The position numbers and the translations under genes were made by a program. The notes below the pieces were generated by a model. The model worked only from the letters and a program-made list of their open reading frames with translations, was not told the origin of the DNA and did not search any database. From an uncultured Bacilli bacterium (GTDB lineage: Bacteria > Bacillota_I > Bacilli_A > RF39 > UBA660): a DNA stretch of 64,000 nt. Below are positions 19,236-29,580 of the stretch, piece by piece. Numbering within the stretch: position 1 is the stretch's first letter; each line of letters starts with the position of its first letter. The DNA lies in NCBI GenBank assembly GCA_947630495.1, contig CANRHS010000001.1, positions 157 through 64,156 of the forward strand. The letters are read 5' to 3'.

Positions 19236-19583
19236 ATGAATAATAGTTATAATTATAATCCATATCAAAATGGTTATCCAAGCACTTCAAGTATGAATCC
19301 ATCCTATATTCCAAGTGAATCCTCATCAGCTCCTGGAGTAGGGGGAACCGAGATTACTAATGAATATGCTGAAGAGTTATTAAATAAGAATATTGGTAAA
19401 ACTTTAAAAGTTTATATGTCTTTTAATGATTCAATTGAATGGCGAGATAAAGTTTTTGAAGGAATACTTGAAGCATGGGGCAGAGATTTCTTTTTATTAA
19501 AGGATCTTAATTCGAATAAACGTTATATGTTATGGAATATTTACATTAATTATTTAGAATTTAATGAAGATGTTACACTTTAG
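19236..19583 (+). CDS. gerQ: Spore coat protein GerQ-like
   Basis: Low-complexity N/Y/P-rich N-terminus. C-domain LKVYMSFNDSIEWRDKVFEGILEAWGRDFFLL...YINYLEF matches my recollection of the GerQ C-terminal domain (TVYMSFENSKEW...). Confidence 0.4.
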   Translation: MNNSYNYNPYQNGYPSTSSMNPSYIPSESSSAPGVGGTEITNEYAEELLNKNIGKTLKVYMSFNDSIEWRDKVFEGILEAWGRDFFLLKDLNSNKRYMLWNIYINYLEFNEDVTL

Positions 19584-19629
19584 TTGAAAAATTTTAAGAA
19601 ATTTGCTAAAATATAATTGGTGATATGAT

Positions 19630-20178
19630 TTGAAGAATATAATAATTTTAGCAATCTCGGTTGCAGTCCTTTTAATTATCTTTATAGTAATAGTTTTAAT
19701 AATAGGAAAGAATAAAATCAGAAGTATTTTAACTCCTCTTGATATGTCTAAGAAAGATATCAATGATTATTTAAAACAAAAATATAAAGTTTATAAAGAA
19801 ATGATTAAGTATATCAAAGATAATCTAAGTATAAAAGAAGATGCTTTTCAAACTTTCTTAAGTTTTGATACTAGAGAATGTTTACAAAGTGATTTAATTG
19901 ATATGCTTGATAAAACTACTTATGAATTAAATGAATATGTTGATAACTATGATGAATTATTAAAAAGTTCGGATTTTCTAATTTTAAAAAGAAAACTTTA
20001 TAATATTCAAATAAACTTAGAAGCAACAATTGATTATTATAATAGTAAGATATCTGTTTATAATACTTTAAAAGATAATGGACCAACTAATTTTTCAACT
20101 AAGTTCTTTACATTCGATGAATATAATACAATTAAAAATGAAAAAGAAGAAATATCTAGGTTAATTAACTTAAACTAG
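19630..20178 (+). CDS. Hypothetical N-terminally anchored membrane protein
   Basis: TM helix followed by a charged helical domain; non-ATG start. Confidence 0.3.
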   Translation: MKNIIILAISVAVLLIIFIVIVLIIGKNKIRSILTPLDMSKKDINDYLKQKYKVYKEMIKYIKDNLSIKEDAFQTFLSFDTRECLQSDLIDMLDKTTYELNEYVDNYDELLKSSDFLILKRKLYNIQINLEATIDYYNSKISVYNTLKDNGPTNFSTKFFTFDEYNTIKNEKEEISRLINLN

Positions 20179-20220
20179 ATATTTTTTTACTTTAAAAGGC
20201 TACCTCTTGGGTAACCTTTA

Positions 20221-21618
20221 TTATTCATAAATTCTAACTTTAATCTTCTTAGTCTTAGATTCATAAGTTGCTCTTAAATCTTCACCAGTAACTGTAACAT
20301 CAACTTCATATTCACCAGGAGTTGTATATTTAGCAAGGTCAACATTAGCAATTATCTTACTAGCATCGATTTCATCTAAGGCTTCTTTACTTCCTTTAAC
20401 AAGAACTGTAACGACACTATCACTAGCACTACCGGCTGTTACTTTCAAGCCATTTGCAAGATTAATTGTATGAACTTGAACATTAGCAACTTCTTTTTGA
20501 GCTTGTTCTCCAACTTTTAGTTTAACGGTAACACTCTTTTCACTCATATCTCTTACACCGGCAGGTTTTTCAAGATTAACATTAAATTCTTTATCAGTTG
20601 ATAATCCATCGACATCAACGACAACTGGAATATATTCAACTTTTTGTAATAACTCTTCATCACCATAGATTGTTACATTAGAAACATTTGTCGTTGTTGA
20701 CTCAATCGCATATCCAACTGCAAGTTCGCCATCTGGAATAACTCTAATTGGAACACTCTTACTTGTTGAAGTAACGGTTAAGGTAGCTCCTATTGTCTTA
20801 GGTAATATTTCAACATCAACCATTTTTCCATTAGTATCATAAGCAATTAACGTATTATCATTTAATTTAACTTCTCCAACTGGAGTATCTTTAGGTAATT
20901 TTTCTAAATCAACTAAAGCCTTAACATAAGCAACTTCCGCTAATTTCTTTTCAGAACCCTTAATCGTAACTTCGGTTTGATCAAGGGAAATATTACTGAT
21001 ATCTTTTTTACTATCTAGTTTATCACGATGTAAAACTTCGGCTGTAACTTCTCTTGATTCACTTACTTTATCGTATACTACCACTGTTACAATAGATGGG
21101 TCTAACTTATATTCAACAGAAGTTACTCTTTGACGATATTTTAAATTAACTCGATGCGTTCCTACCGATAACTCTCTTAAATCAACTGTTATCTCATCAC
21201 TTCCGGATAATTGTTTAGCAAGATAAATATTACTACGTCTTCCAATTAACACGACATCAACAGTTTCAGGTAATCCTTCAATTACATAGGCTTCTTCATT
21301 GTAAATAGCCTTAACTGGTTGATTATATAACATTTCAGCAGAACTTACTAAAGCATTTGAATTTTGTTCTATAACTGCAAAAGCTATAACTGCTAACACT
21401 AACGAAATAACTATCAAAAATTGTTTATTAGCAAATAATCTTTCTAAAGTTTTATTACTACTACTAAATAAATCTGATATTTTTAAGAATAACTTCATAA
21501 CTGGAGTAATAATTATTTTATCAATTAATTTAAATATCTTTCCTAAGAAAAGACAAAACTTTTTAATTATTTTCTTCATAAATTTCCTCCTCGTTGTCGA
21601 TATCATCACTTGCTTCAT
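20221..21618 (-). CDS. cdaR: CdaR (YbbR-domain) regulator of diadenylate cyclase
   Basis: N-terminal TM plus a repeated YbbR-like beta-rich domain. Immediately downstream of and overlapping cdaA. Confidence 0.55.
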   Translation of the reverse strand: MKQVMISTTRRKFMKKIIKKFCLFLGKIFKLIDKIIITPVMKLFLKISDLFSSSNKTLERLFANKQFLIVISLVLAVIAFAVIEQNSNALVSSAEMLYNQPVKAIYNEEAYVIEGLPETVDVVLIGRRSNIYLAKQLSGSDEITVDLRELSVGTHRVNLKYRQRVTSVEYKLDPSIVTVVVYDKVSESREVTAEVLHRDKLDSKKDISNISLDQTEVTIKGSEKKLAEVAYVKALVDLEKLPKDTPVGEVKLNDNTLIAYDTNGKMVDVEILPKTIGATLTVTSTSKSVPIRVIPDGELAVGYAIESTTTNVSNVTIYGDEELLQKVEYIPVVVDVDGLSTDKEFNVNLEKPAGVRDMSEKSVTVKLKVGEQAQKEVANVQVHTINLANGLKVTAGSASDSVVTVLVKGSKEALDEIDASKIIANVDLAKYTTPGEYEVDVTVTGEDLRATYESKTKKIKVRIYE

Positions 21619-22396
21619 CAGAAACTGCCTTTGGTCTTAATTCATCAATTAACATCATCCTTGCATCATCTAATGATAAATTATAGAATAATTCACCTTT
21701 AACCGCAATAGAGATTCTTCCGGTTTCTTCTGATACAACGATACTTAAAGCATCAGTTTCTTCAGCAATTCCAAGCGCTGCTCTATGTCTTGTTCCAAGT
21801 CGTTTATTTAATTTTATGTTGTTACTTGTTGGGAAAACAGCTCCAGCACAACTAATTCTATTTCCTTGAATAATAACCGCTCCATCATGTAAAGGATTAT
21901 TAGGAAAGAAAATTGATATCAATAACTCATTTGTAAGGTCAGCATATAATCCTTTAGCTTTATCTATATAATCAGATAAACTTATATCTCTTTCAATTAC
22001 AATTAAGGCTCCAATTCTAGCTTTTCTACAATAATCAACGGCTTGAATAATTTCATAAACCATTTTTTCTCTTTCATCAACTGTTAATATCTTATGCCTT
22101 CCAAGTAATTGACTTCGTCCTAACTGCTCTAAAGCCCCACGAATTTCTGGTTGGAAGATAATAATCAAAGCTAAAGGTCCCCATTCAATTACATACTCTA
22201 AAATCCAACCAACTGTTGTAAATCCTACATAATCACTTATTAACTTAACAACTACTATTACTAAAACACCTTTTATTAATAAAGACATCTTAACATTATT
22301 TTTAAAATTCTTTAAGATATAATAGAATATCATCCAAACTATTCCAATATCTATAACTCTTCTTAAAACCCACCATACTGTATCAAATATTGTCAT
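21563..22396 (-). CDS. cdaA: Diadenylate cyclase CdaA (DAC domain)
   Basis: Three N-terminal TM helices, then DAC motifs DGAVIIQGNRISCAGAVFP and RHRAALG. Confidence 0.8.
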   Translation of the reverse strand: MTIFDTVWWVLRRVIDIGIVWMIFYYILKNFKNNVKMSLLIKGVLVIVVVKLISDYVGFTTVGWILEYVIEWGPLALIIIFQPEIRGALEQLGRSQLLGRHKILTVDEREKMVYEIIQAVDYCRKARIGALIVIERDISLSDYIDKAKGLYADLTNELLISIFFPNNPLHDGAVIIQGNRISCAGAVFPTSNNIKLNKRLGTRHRAALGIAEETDALSIVVSEETGRISIAVKGELFYNLSLDDARMMLIDELRPKAVSDEASDDIDNEEEIYEENN

Positions 22397-22476
22397 ACTT
22401 AATTCTCCTTTTTAAATTCTTTAAGACTACTTAATTATAACAAAAAAAATGGTTTTAGTAAATACCATTTCTTTAT

Positions 22477-23187
22477 CTATTTTCTCTTAACTTTAGAATT
22501 TAAACTTTCTATATAATAATAAATATTTTCTTTTATATCAGAATAAATATTATCAGTACCTGTATATTCTTTTATATCTTCTTTATCTGGTAATAATCTA
22601 ATAGCCTTGATTATAGTATCTATAGTTTTAACATCCATAGTAAATAAAGCACTATTACCAATCTCTTTTAAACTATTATTTATTTCTTTCTTATAGTAAC
22701 TAAATTCATTACTTGAATCAGAATATTTACTAAATATTATTTCCAATAATCCACTTATATTTTGATATATATCTTCTATTACTATATATTTACCATCTAT
22801 TATTTTGATAACAATTTTTAACAAAGAATCTCCTAATACTTTATAAATTTCTATTTCATTATCTTTAATTTCAAATATATTATTAAATATTTCCATTCCA
22901 AGACTCTCTTCAACAATCGTTCCTCTATTTAAAGACTTGGAAATAGGAGAATATTCTAAATAACTACTAGTCTTTCTATCAGATAACCAAAGACCATATT
23001 CTAAAGTACTAGGATCTCTAAATCCTTCAACCATTTGTCCTTCTAATAAGTTAAATTCTGAAATAATCGTATTTGCATCTCTTTTTAAGTTTTGACTATC
23101 ACTTCTTGCTAATAGTCTTGTAATATAATAATTCCAATCAAATTTCATACCAACACCTCGAGGTATTATTTTAGCACAATTTATCAA
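22477..23187 (-). CDS. Hypothetical protein
   Basis: Probable true start at MKFDWNYY near 23148. No motifs recognised. Confidence 0.3.
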   Translation of the reverse strand: MINCAKIIPRGVGMKFDWNYYITRLLARSDSQNLKRDANTIISEFNLLEGQMVEGFRDPSTLEYGLWLSDRKTSSYLEYSPISKSLNRGTIVEESLGMEIFNNIFEIKDNEIEIYKVLGDSLLKIVIKIIDGKYIVIEDIYQNISGLLEIIFSKYSDSSNEFSYYKKEINNSLKEIGNSALFTMDVKTIDTIIKAIRLLPDKEDIKEYTGTDNIYSDIKENIYYYIESLNSKVKRK

Positions 23188-23188
23188 A

Positions 23189-23232
23189 AAATCAATATAA
23201 AAATTAAAAAAAGAAGATAATTTTTAAAACTA
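23189..23232 (-). terminator. Rho-independent terminator downstream of rplL
   Basis: agaagata-N11-tatcttct hairpin followed by tttttttaatttt on the minus strand. Confidence 0.5.
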
Positions 23233-23252
23233 TCTTCTAAAATCTAAATTTA

Positions 23253-23630
23253 TTATTTAACTTCAACTTCAGCGCCAGCTTCTTCTAACTTAGCTTTAAT
23301 TTCGTTAGCTTCAGCAACTGGAATGTTTTCTTTAACAGCACCACCATTATCAGCGATATCCTTAGACTCTTTTAATCCAAGTCCAGTGATTTCTTTGATA
23401 AGTTTGATTACATTAACTTTTGCTGCTCCAGCATTTACTAAGTTAACTGTAACTGTAGATGGTCCGTCATTTGCTGCATCTCCTGCACCAGCTTGAACTG
23501 GAGCTGCTACAGCAACACTTGATGGATCAACACCAAATTCCTCCTTCATTGCATCAACTAATTCTTTGATTTCTAAAAGATTCATTTCTTTTAGAGCACT
23601 AATAAATTCATCTCTTGTTAATTTAGCCAT
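23253..23630 (-). CDS. rplL: 50S ribosomal protein L7/L12
   Basis: MAKLTRDEFISALKEMNLLEIKELVDAMKEEFGV... Confidence 0.9.
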   Translation of the reverse strand: MAKLTRDEFISALKEMNLLEIKELVDAMKEEFGVDPSSVAVAAPVQAGAGDAANDGPSTVTVNLVNAGAAKVNVIKLIKEITGLGLKESKDIADNGGAVKENIPVAEANEIKAKLEEAGAEVEVK

Positions 23631-23648
23631 AATTTTCTCTCCTCCTTA

Positions 23649-24146
23649 TTAATTATTTTCTTCTAATTGTTTAGAATATAAATCTAAACAGATTGCTAAA
23701 TCTTTTGGTATAGCAAGCATACCACCTGCAAGCATTGTAAGTAAACCGTCTCTTGATGGAATAGTAGCAAGTTTTTCTAAAGTTTCTTTAGGTGTTACTT
23801 CATTATCAACTAATCCAACTTTTAATTCAACTGCTTGATGAGTTTTCATAAAGTCAGCCAAAACTTTAATTGGAGCAATTTGATCTTTACTAAAAGCAAC
23901 TGCTGTTGGACCTTCTAGATGTTCATCAATTGAAATGTTCAAGTCATGCATAGCTCTTGCAATCAAAGTATTCTTATAAACTTTGTATGTACTTTCTACA
24001 TCTCTAAGTTTACCACGTAATTCTTTGATTTCTTCATCAGTAAGACCACGATAATCAAATAAAACAACACTACTAGCATCTTCAACTTTTTGTTTAATCT
24101 CATCAATTACTTGTTGTTTTTCTTGTAATATCTTAGGATTTGCCAT
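23649..24146 (-). CDS. rplJ: 50S ribosomal protein L10
   Basis: 165 aa, conserved position and sequence. Confidence 0.9.
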   Translation of the reverse strand: MANPKILQEKQQVIDEIKQKVEDASSVVLFDYRGLTDEEIKELRGKLRDVESTYKVYKNTLIARAMHDLNISIDEHLEGPTAVAFSKDQIAPIKVLADFMKTHQAVELKVGLVDNEVTPKETLEKLATIPSRDGLLTMLAGGMLAIPKDLAICLDLYSKQLEENN

Positions 24147-24310
24147 TTTTTCCTCCTTTATTAAATTTATTAAATGTCATGCAAGGAAAAAGTCCTTATA
24201 TAAGGACTTTAAATAACTTTATCTTATTTATAGTCCTCGGTAGGATTTACTAATTACCTACTGTCTTTGGCACCACATCAATAAACTTATACTATTATAA
24301 CACAATATTT
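24147..24310 (-). promoter_or_regulatory. rplJ leader (L10/L12 autoregulatory leader region)
   Basis: 164-nt untranslated leader containing the hairpin aaagtccttatataaggacttt. Assigned by position. Confidence 0.4.
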
Positions 24311-25006
24311 TTATTTGTCAAATGAATTTATGTTAATTTTTATTCCAGGACCCATTGTTCCAGATATACTTATGTTCTTAACATAATCACCTTTAACAGT
24401 TGCAGGTTTAAGTTTTAGAATTGTAGAAACAAAACTATTTAAGTTTTCAAGAAGTTTTTCTTCTTCAAAACTAGCTTTTCCAATAACACCATGAACATTA
24501 CCAAAACTATCTGTTCTAAATTCAACACGTCCAGATTTAACATCTTTAACGGCCTTAGCAACATCAGTTGTAACAGTTCCAGTCTTTGGATTTGGCATTA
24601 AACCTTTAGGTCCTAAAACTCTACCTAATTTACCAAGAAGTGGCATAGTTTCTGGAGTTGCAATTAAAGTATCAAAATCGAACCAGTTTTCTTTTTCGAT
24701 TTTTTCAATCATATCCATATCTCCTACATAGTCAGCCCCAGCTTCTTTAGCAGCCTTAGCTTGATCTCCCTTAGCAATTACTAAAACTTTTTTAGTTTTA
24801 CCAGTTCCATTTGGAAGAACAATAGCTCCTCTTAATTGTTGGTCAGCTTTCTTAGTATCAAGATTTAAATACATTGCAACTTCAATTGTTGCATCAAACT
24901 TAGCATTTGATGTTTCCTTAACTAACTTAATAGCATCTTCTTTAGTATATAACTTTCCTTTTTCTAACTTTGTTAAAGCTTCGTTATATCTTTTTCCTCT
25001 TTTCAT
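24311..25006 (-). CDS. rplA: 50S ribosomal protein L1
   Basis: 231 aa, MKRGKRY... Confidence 0.9.
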   Translation of the reverse strand: MKRGKRYNEALTKLEKGKLYTKEDAIKLVKETSNAKFDATIEVAMYLNLDTKKADQQLRGAIVLPNGTGKTKKVLVIAKGDQAKAAKEAGADYVGDMDMIEKIEKENWFDFDTLIATPETMPLLGKLGRVLGPKGLMPNPKTGTVTTDVAKAVKDVKSGRVEFRTDSFGNVHGVIGKASFEEEKLLENLNSFVSTILKLKPATVKGDYVKNISISGTMGPGIKININSFDK

Positions 25007-25065
25007 ATTTACCTCCTTGTGGTTTTAGCGGACTAATAATCCTTCCACATAGGTTTCCCTATATG

Positions 25066-25488
25066 TTATTTAATTTCAATTCCCATATTAAGTGCTGTTC
25101 CTTTAACTGTCTTAATTGCAGCCTCAAGGTCATTAGCATTTAAATCTGGTAATTTAATTGTAGCAATCTCTTTTACTTGGTCTTCCGTTAAAGAACCAAC
25201 TATTTCATTTCTTCCTTTAACAGAACCCTTTTGCACTTTAGCATACTTCTTAATTAAGTAAGCCGTAGGTGGAGTTTTAATAACAAAGTCAAAACTTCTA
25301 TCATCATAAATAGTAATTTCAACTGGTGCTATATCTCCCATCTTATCTCTAGTTGCATCATTATACTTAGTACAAAATTCTTGTAAGTTAATTCCAGCAG
25401 GTCCTAGAACAGTACCAACTGGTGGAGCAGGGTTAGCTTTTCCTGCTTCAATTTCAAGTTTAACTTTCTTTACAATCTCTTTTGCCAT
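25066..25488 (-). CDS. rplK: 50S ribosomal protein L11
   Basis: MAKEIVKKVKLEIEAGKANPAPPVGTVLGPAGIN... Confidence 0.9.
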   Translation of the reverse strand: MAKEIVKKVKLEIEAGKANPAPPVGTVLGPAGINLQEFCTKYNDATRDKMGDIAPVEITIYDDRSFDFVIKTPPTAYLIKKYAKVQKGSVKGRNEIVGSLTEDQVKEIATIKLPDLNANDLEAAIKTVKGTALNMGIEIK

Positions 25489-25896
25489 TATAACACTTCC
25501 TTTCTTAATTTCTTAGAAGCGAGTGGTCCAAATGGTTAACTTTGTCCGCTTAATAATATAAGTTAAGACATTTCCCTCCCACTAAATCTATATTAATCAA
25601 ATATAGCATTACAAATAATACCATGATTTCTCTTAAAAATCAAGTATTTTTTGCAATTTTGTTAATCTTTTTTATCTCATTTTTATTATATTCTATACTT
25701 ATCACTTAAATAACCTAGAAATTAGAAAGATGAATATATTTTAAAGTAGTAAAAATAACAACTAAAAAACCTATACAACTATTGTAACAATTGGTACGTA
25801 TACCAAAGTACATTGTATCTACATTCTGATTTCAAAGAATCAAGGAATAGGAATGTCCTTTACACATACATACTAAAACCTATCCTAGTATTCAAG

Positions 25897-25947
25897 CTAT
25901 AAAGGGCTTGCGCGGACGCCGTTACTATTGTTGGCATTGTTGTTGTT
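25897..25947 (-). pseudogene. Left half of a degenerate Asn-codon-rich duplicate of the 3' end of the 29734-31233 gene (TR-like remnant)
   Basis: The minus strand reads aac aac aac aat gcc aac aat agt aac ggc gtc cgc gca agc cct tta tag (NNNNANNSNGVRASPL*). The gene's own end is tac tac tac atc gcg agt gtc tat tgc ggc gtc cgc gca gcc (YYYIASVYCGVRAA). Confidence 0.5.
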
Positions 25948-26030
25948 ATACGAAAAAATTTGTTATGCGAACAAAACAAAAAAGTTATTAAAAAAATCAT
26001 TATTTGCTAATGATTTTTTTCGCATAATAT

Positions 26031-27020
26031 TTACTTTAATGATAGTAATTGTTTAAGCAAATCCTCATTTTTATTCCAAGATGGTGTGATATTATAAGGC
26101 AAAATATCTTTATAAGCTTTATTAATTGCTTCTCGTTTTGTTTTTTCGTTTGCTTGAGCATATATTTCAGTTGTTGTTATACTCTCATGCCCTAAAAAAT
26201 CTCTAATGTATACGATATTAACTCCGGCTTCTAATAAATGCATTGCTCTAGTTCTTCTAAGTGCATGTGGAGAAATTTTTTTATTTATATTTGCTTTTTG
26301 TATATATTTATCAACAATTTTTTGAATACTCCTTGATGTCAATTTTTCTTTTTTGGAATTACTAAAAAGGTATGAAACATTAGAAAAGTCATTTTCACTA
26401 ATAAATTGCAATAATAATTTTTTGGTATTATTCATTATAGGAACAGAACGTCCTTTTCTACCTTTTCCTATAACATTAACGCATGGATTATTATCTAATC
26501 TTAAATCCATTACCTTAATTTCTAAAAGTTCTGATAATCTTAGACCTGCATCATATAATAAATTTAATAAAACAAAATCCCTACGTCCTTTTATAGTCTT
26601 TGTATTAATAGTTTGAAATACAGTTTGTAATTCATCTATAGTTAAGTATTCTTTTTTTTTCTTCACATTTTTTTTGACTCTTATTTGTAATATATCTTGA
26701 AATTTAATTAAGTTAGCAGGATCTTCTATATTTACATATTGATAAAAAGATTTAATGGCAGCAAGTCTTTGATTTCTTGTATTTATTGAACAATTTCTTG
26801 CATCTTCTAAATATTTCAAAAATTCCTTTATTAAATCTTTATCAATTATTTCAAATGTTATATTTTTTATTTCTATTTTTTTAATATTTACCAAATAAGA
26901 TATTAATAAATTAAAAGTATCTTTATATGAAATTATTGTATTTATAGAAGCATTAATTTCCTGAGGTAAATATATATTAAAAAAATTATTTAAATAATAA
27001 GCAAAATTTTTATTATTCAT
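26031..27020 (-). CDS. ritC: Tyrosine recombinase, third gene of the RIT trio
   Basis: 329 aa. C-terminal catalytic region HALRRTRAMHLLEAG...TTEIYAQ (R..H..R..Y). Its start overlaps the stop of ritB. Confidence 0.7.
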   Translation of the reverse strand: MNNKNFAYYLNNFFNIYLPQEINASINTIISYKDTFNLLISYLVNIKKIEIKNITFEIIDKDLIKEFLKYLEDARNCSINTRNQRLAAIKSFYQYVNIEDPANLIKFQDILQIRVKKNVKKKKEYLTIDELQTVFQTINTKTIKGRRDFVLLNLLYDAGLRLSELLEIKVMDLRLDNNPCVNVIGKGRKGRSVPIMNNTKKLLLQFISENDFSNVSYLFSNSKKEKLTSRSIQKIVDKYIQKANINKKISPHALRRTRAMHLLEAGVNIVYIRDFLGHESITTTEIYAQANEKTKREAINKAYKDILPYNITPSWNKNEDLLKQLLSLK

Positions 27021-27990
27021 CTTCTAAATCCTCCATTTCTAAAATTAAATTACTACCATATTTTTCAATTTGTGTTCTTATGCTTGGATACATATCTGAA
27101 GTAAGACGTAGATAGTAAGCTGTAGAAGATATTTTTGTGTGACCAACATAAGTGCTTAATATAGGAAGATAACTATTAATATCGATTCCATTTTCTACCG
27201 CTTGTTTTAAACTTAAAACACAAAATGTATGTCTAAAATCATGTAATCTTGGACCATTTTCTGTGTGTTTAATTTTAGAATAATGTAAAATTTTTCTGAA
27301 ACAGCTATAGATACTATCCGGTGTATATTTAGTGCCATTTCCATGTCTGAAAAAATAATCTTCTTTTTTATAATTTTGATTGTAATTAATATTTATATAA
27401 TTTAGTTTTTGCATTAATTTTTCAGAAATTACAATTATTCTGGTTTCAGTATTTTTAGTATTATGAATAGTGATTGAATTATTATTAAAATCTATATCTT
27501 CTATTTTAATATTAACACATTCTGATACTCTTAATCCAGTTGAATATAATAAATTAAAAATTGCATTAACTACTAAATTTTTATATGTATCAGTATAATA
27601 AAAATTTTCTAGTGTTTTAAAGAAAATTGTTAATTCTTCTTTGGTAAAAATATGAGGAATGTGTGTTTCATTACCACGTTTATATTTTTTATTTGGAATA
27701 ACATATGCTTCAATGCCATTAGAAACTAAATATTTAGCAAATTGTCTTAAAACTGATGCATAGGCACTTTTACTACATTGTTTTATATTTTTAGAATTTA
27801 AGAAATTTTCTAATATTTTTTTAGTGATTACTTTAGCATCACTATTATTTAAAAGTGTATAGTTATCGAACACTACTAGTTTTGATTTTTGAGAATAGTA
27901 ATTATAACCAAGTTTTATTTTATATTCATAGTATTGATATAAATAATCTTTAAATGGTCCATTAAAAATATTATTATTCATTAGTATCAT
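27013..27990 (-). CDS. ritB: Tyrosine recombinase, second gene of the RIT trio
   Basis: 325 aa. GLRVSECVNIKIEDID, HDFRHTFCVLSL and STAYYLR catalytic-tyrosine region. Confidence 0.7.
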   Translation of the reverse strand: MILMNNNIFNGPFKDYLYQYYEYKIKLGYNYYSQKSKLVVFDNYTLLNNSDAKVITKKILENFLNSKNIKQCSKSAYASVLRQFAKYLVSNGIEAYVIPNKKYKRGNETHIPHIFTKEELTIFFKTLENFYYTDTYKNLVVNAIFNLLYSTGLRVSECVNIKIEDIDFNNNSITIHNTKNTETRIIVISEKLMQKLNYININYNQNYKKEDYFFRHGNGTKYTPDSIYSCFRKILHYSKIKHTENGPRLHDFRHTFCVLSLKQAVENGIDINSYLPILSTYVGHTKISSTAYYLRLTSDMYPSIRTQIEKYGSNLILEMEDLEDE

Positions 27991-29239
27991 CCTCCAAAAA
28001 ACACTTTTTTAAAGAATTGGTATCAATTTTTAGGTAATTTCTTGTACTTTCTATATTTACATGTCCTAAAGTAGATGCTATAATTTCCATTGGAATATTT
28101 GCTTTTAACATTGAACTGGCTAAAGTGTGTCTAAAAGTATGTATTCCTTTTCTTGCTTTTGATAAATAATCTATATTTGCCTTTTGGTAAGTTTTTATTA
28201 AATATTTCTCAATATTTGCGGTATCACTTAATTTCGATGCTTTATCATCATGAGTTACAAAAATATATTTCGAATCAGTTTTGGGTCTACCATTTTGAAC
28301 ATAATTAATAATAGCTATTCCAACATCTTCAAAAAGTGGTAATTGTATTTCAACTTTTGTTTTATGGTGAATAAAAGTTATTGTATTATTTTCCCAATCT
28401 ATGTTAGAAAATTGAAGATTTTTAATATCAATAAATCTAATACCTAATCTAATAGCTAATAGAACAATTGCCTTATTCCTTTTTTCAACATCACTTTCAT
28501 CTACTAAATTATTAACTATTTTTTCAAGTTCCTCAGGTTCCCAAATTGTTACTAAACTGATTGGGGCGTGATATTTTATTTTATCAATTAAGACTGAATA
28601 ATTAGAAATAGTATATTTACTTTCGTATAAAAAATTTAAAAACATTTTTAAAGCCCAATTATAATTTTTTCTAATATAATAGCTTGAGTCATAATATTTA
28701 TTAATAAATTTTTGAATTACACTTAAAGTTAATTTTTCATAATTATCAATACTTTCATTTTCAAAAAAGACCATAATATCTTTTGTAAGTTTTATTTTTT
28801 TTGTAATTGTCACTTCTGAATTGTAATTTTTCATTTCTTGCTTATATTTTTCTAATATTTCCTTATTATAATTAGAAATATTAATTTCATAATGATTATT
28901 AATTATTCTTGAACTTTTTGTTTTTAATTTTAAAGCATTTAATCCTTCAAGAGCATTTATAGAGTGTATAGTGTACAAATAATCTTTATGACTTTTATTA
29001 TTTTTTTGATAATCCAAATATAATTGTTTGCTATTATCATCATAACTCAAGTTATTTTTTTGCAAAAAATCCAATAACTGTTTCCAATTGCGACACATCT
29101 GATTGTAAAAATTATAACTATAGTTACCAATCAGAATTTCCTCCTTTCTTTTTTCGATTAATTCGTTTAATGATAAATAATTCATATTTATCTCCCTCCT
29201 TTTTTGCCATTTAAAAACGATATTAAATGACAAATACAT
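27974..29239 (-). CDS. ritA: Tyrosine recombinase with an extended N-terminal domain, first gene of the RIT trio
   Basis: 421 aa. LGIRFIDIKNLQF, HTFRHTLASSML and TRNYLKID. Probable true start at MNYLSLNE near 29185. Confidence 0.7.
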   Translation of the reverse strand: MYLSFNIVFKWQKRREINMNYLSLNELIEKRKEEILIGNYSYNFYNQMCRNWKQLLDFLQKNNLSYDDNSKQLYLDYQKNNKSHKDYLYTIHSINALEGLNALKLKTKSSRIINNHYEINISNYNKEILEKYKQEMKNYNSEVTITKKIKLTKDIMVFFENESIDNYEKLTLSVIQKFINKYYDSSYYIRKNYNWALKMFLNFLYESKYTISNYSVLIDKIKYHAPISLVTIWEPEELEKIVNNLVDESDVEKRNKAIVLLAIRLGIRFIDIKNLQFSNIDWENNTITFIHHKTKVEIQLPLFEDVGIAIINYVQNGRPKTDSKYIFVTHDDKASKLSDTANIEKYLIKTYQKANIDYLSKARKGIHTFRHTLASSMLKANIPMEIIASTLGHVNIESTRNYLKIDTNSLKKCFLEDDTNE

Positions 29240-29384
29240 ATTATATCATTATACGAAAAAAAATCATTATTTTTTTAATGATTTTGCAACATTTTATACT
29301 CAACAGAAGAAGTTAAAATATAGAATGAACTTATTTTATTAATTTTTATGAATTTAAATTTTTTCGCATAACAAATTTTTTCGT

Positions 29385-29500
29385 ATAACAACAATTATGT
29401 GAATTTTCACATAATTGTTGTTAACGGTCCCATCCGAATTCCAATTAGCGACATTATTAGAGTTACTAGCGGAAGGCGACAAGAACCACAGGCGCCAATT
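29385..29500 (-). pseudogene. Right half of the degenerate Asn-rich duplicate of the gene's 3' end (TR-like remnant)
   Basis: The minus strand reads WRLWFLSPSASNSNNVANWNSDGTVNNNY. The gene encodes GEWFLSPSSYGSNYVALWGSSGRVYYYI. Confidence 0.5.
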
Positions 29501-29580
29501 AACTATATCCTATTTTCCGACAATAAAATGTTGTATTTTTACTACTTTAAAATAACAAATATTAATATTAGGTAAAATCT

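Larger units (their letters stand above)
25940..29384 (-). mobile_element. Recombinase-in-trio (RIT) element: three tandem tyrosine recombinases bounded by perfect 32-bp terminal inverted repeats
   Basis: IR-L 25940-25971 ttgttgttatacgaaaaaatttgttatgcgaa is the reverse complement of IR-R 29353-29384. Subterminal hairpins aaaatcatta..taatgatttt sit at 26003-26032 and 29251-29278. Three overlapping Phage_integrase-type ORFs of 421, 325 and 329 aa. Confidence 0.7.

Noticed and set aside
25500-25600. tRNA or other stable RNA in the GC-richer patch agcgagtggtccaaatggttaactttgtccgctt upstream of rplK
   Set aside because: I found no cloverleaf or acceptor/T-arm pattern. It is more likely part of the rplK leader. 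I saw no tRNA or rRNA genes anywhere in the window.
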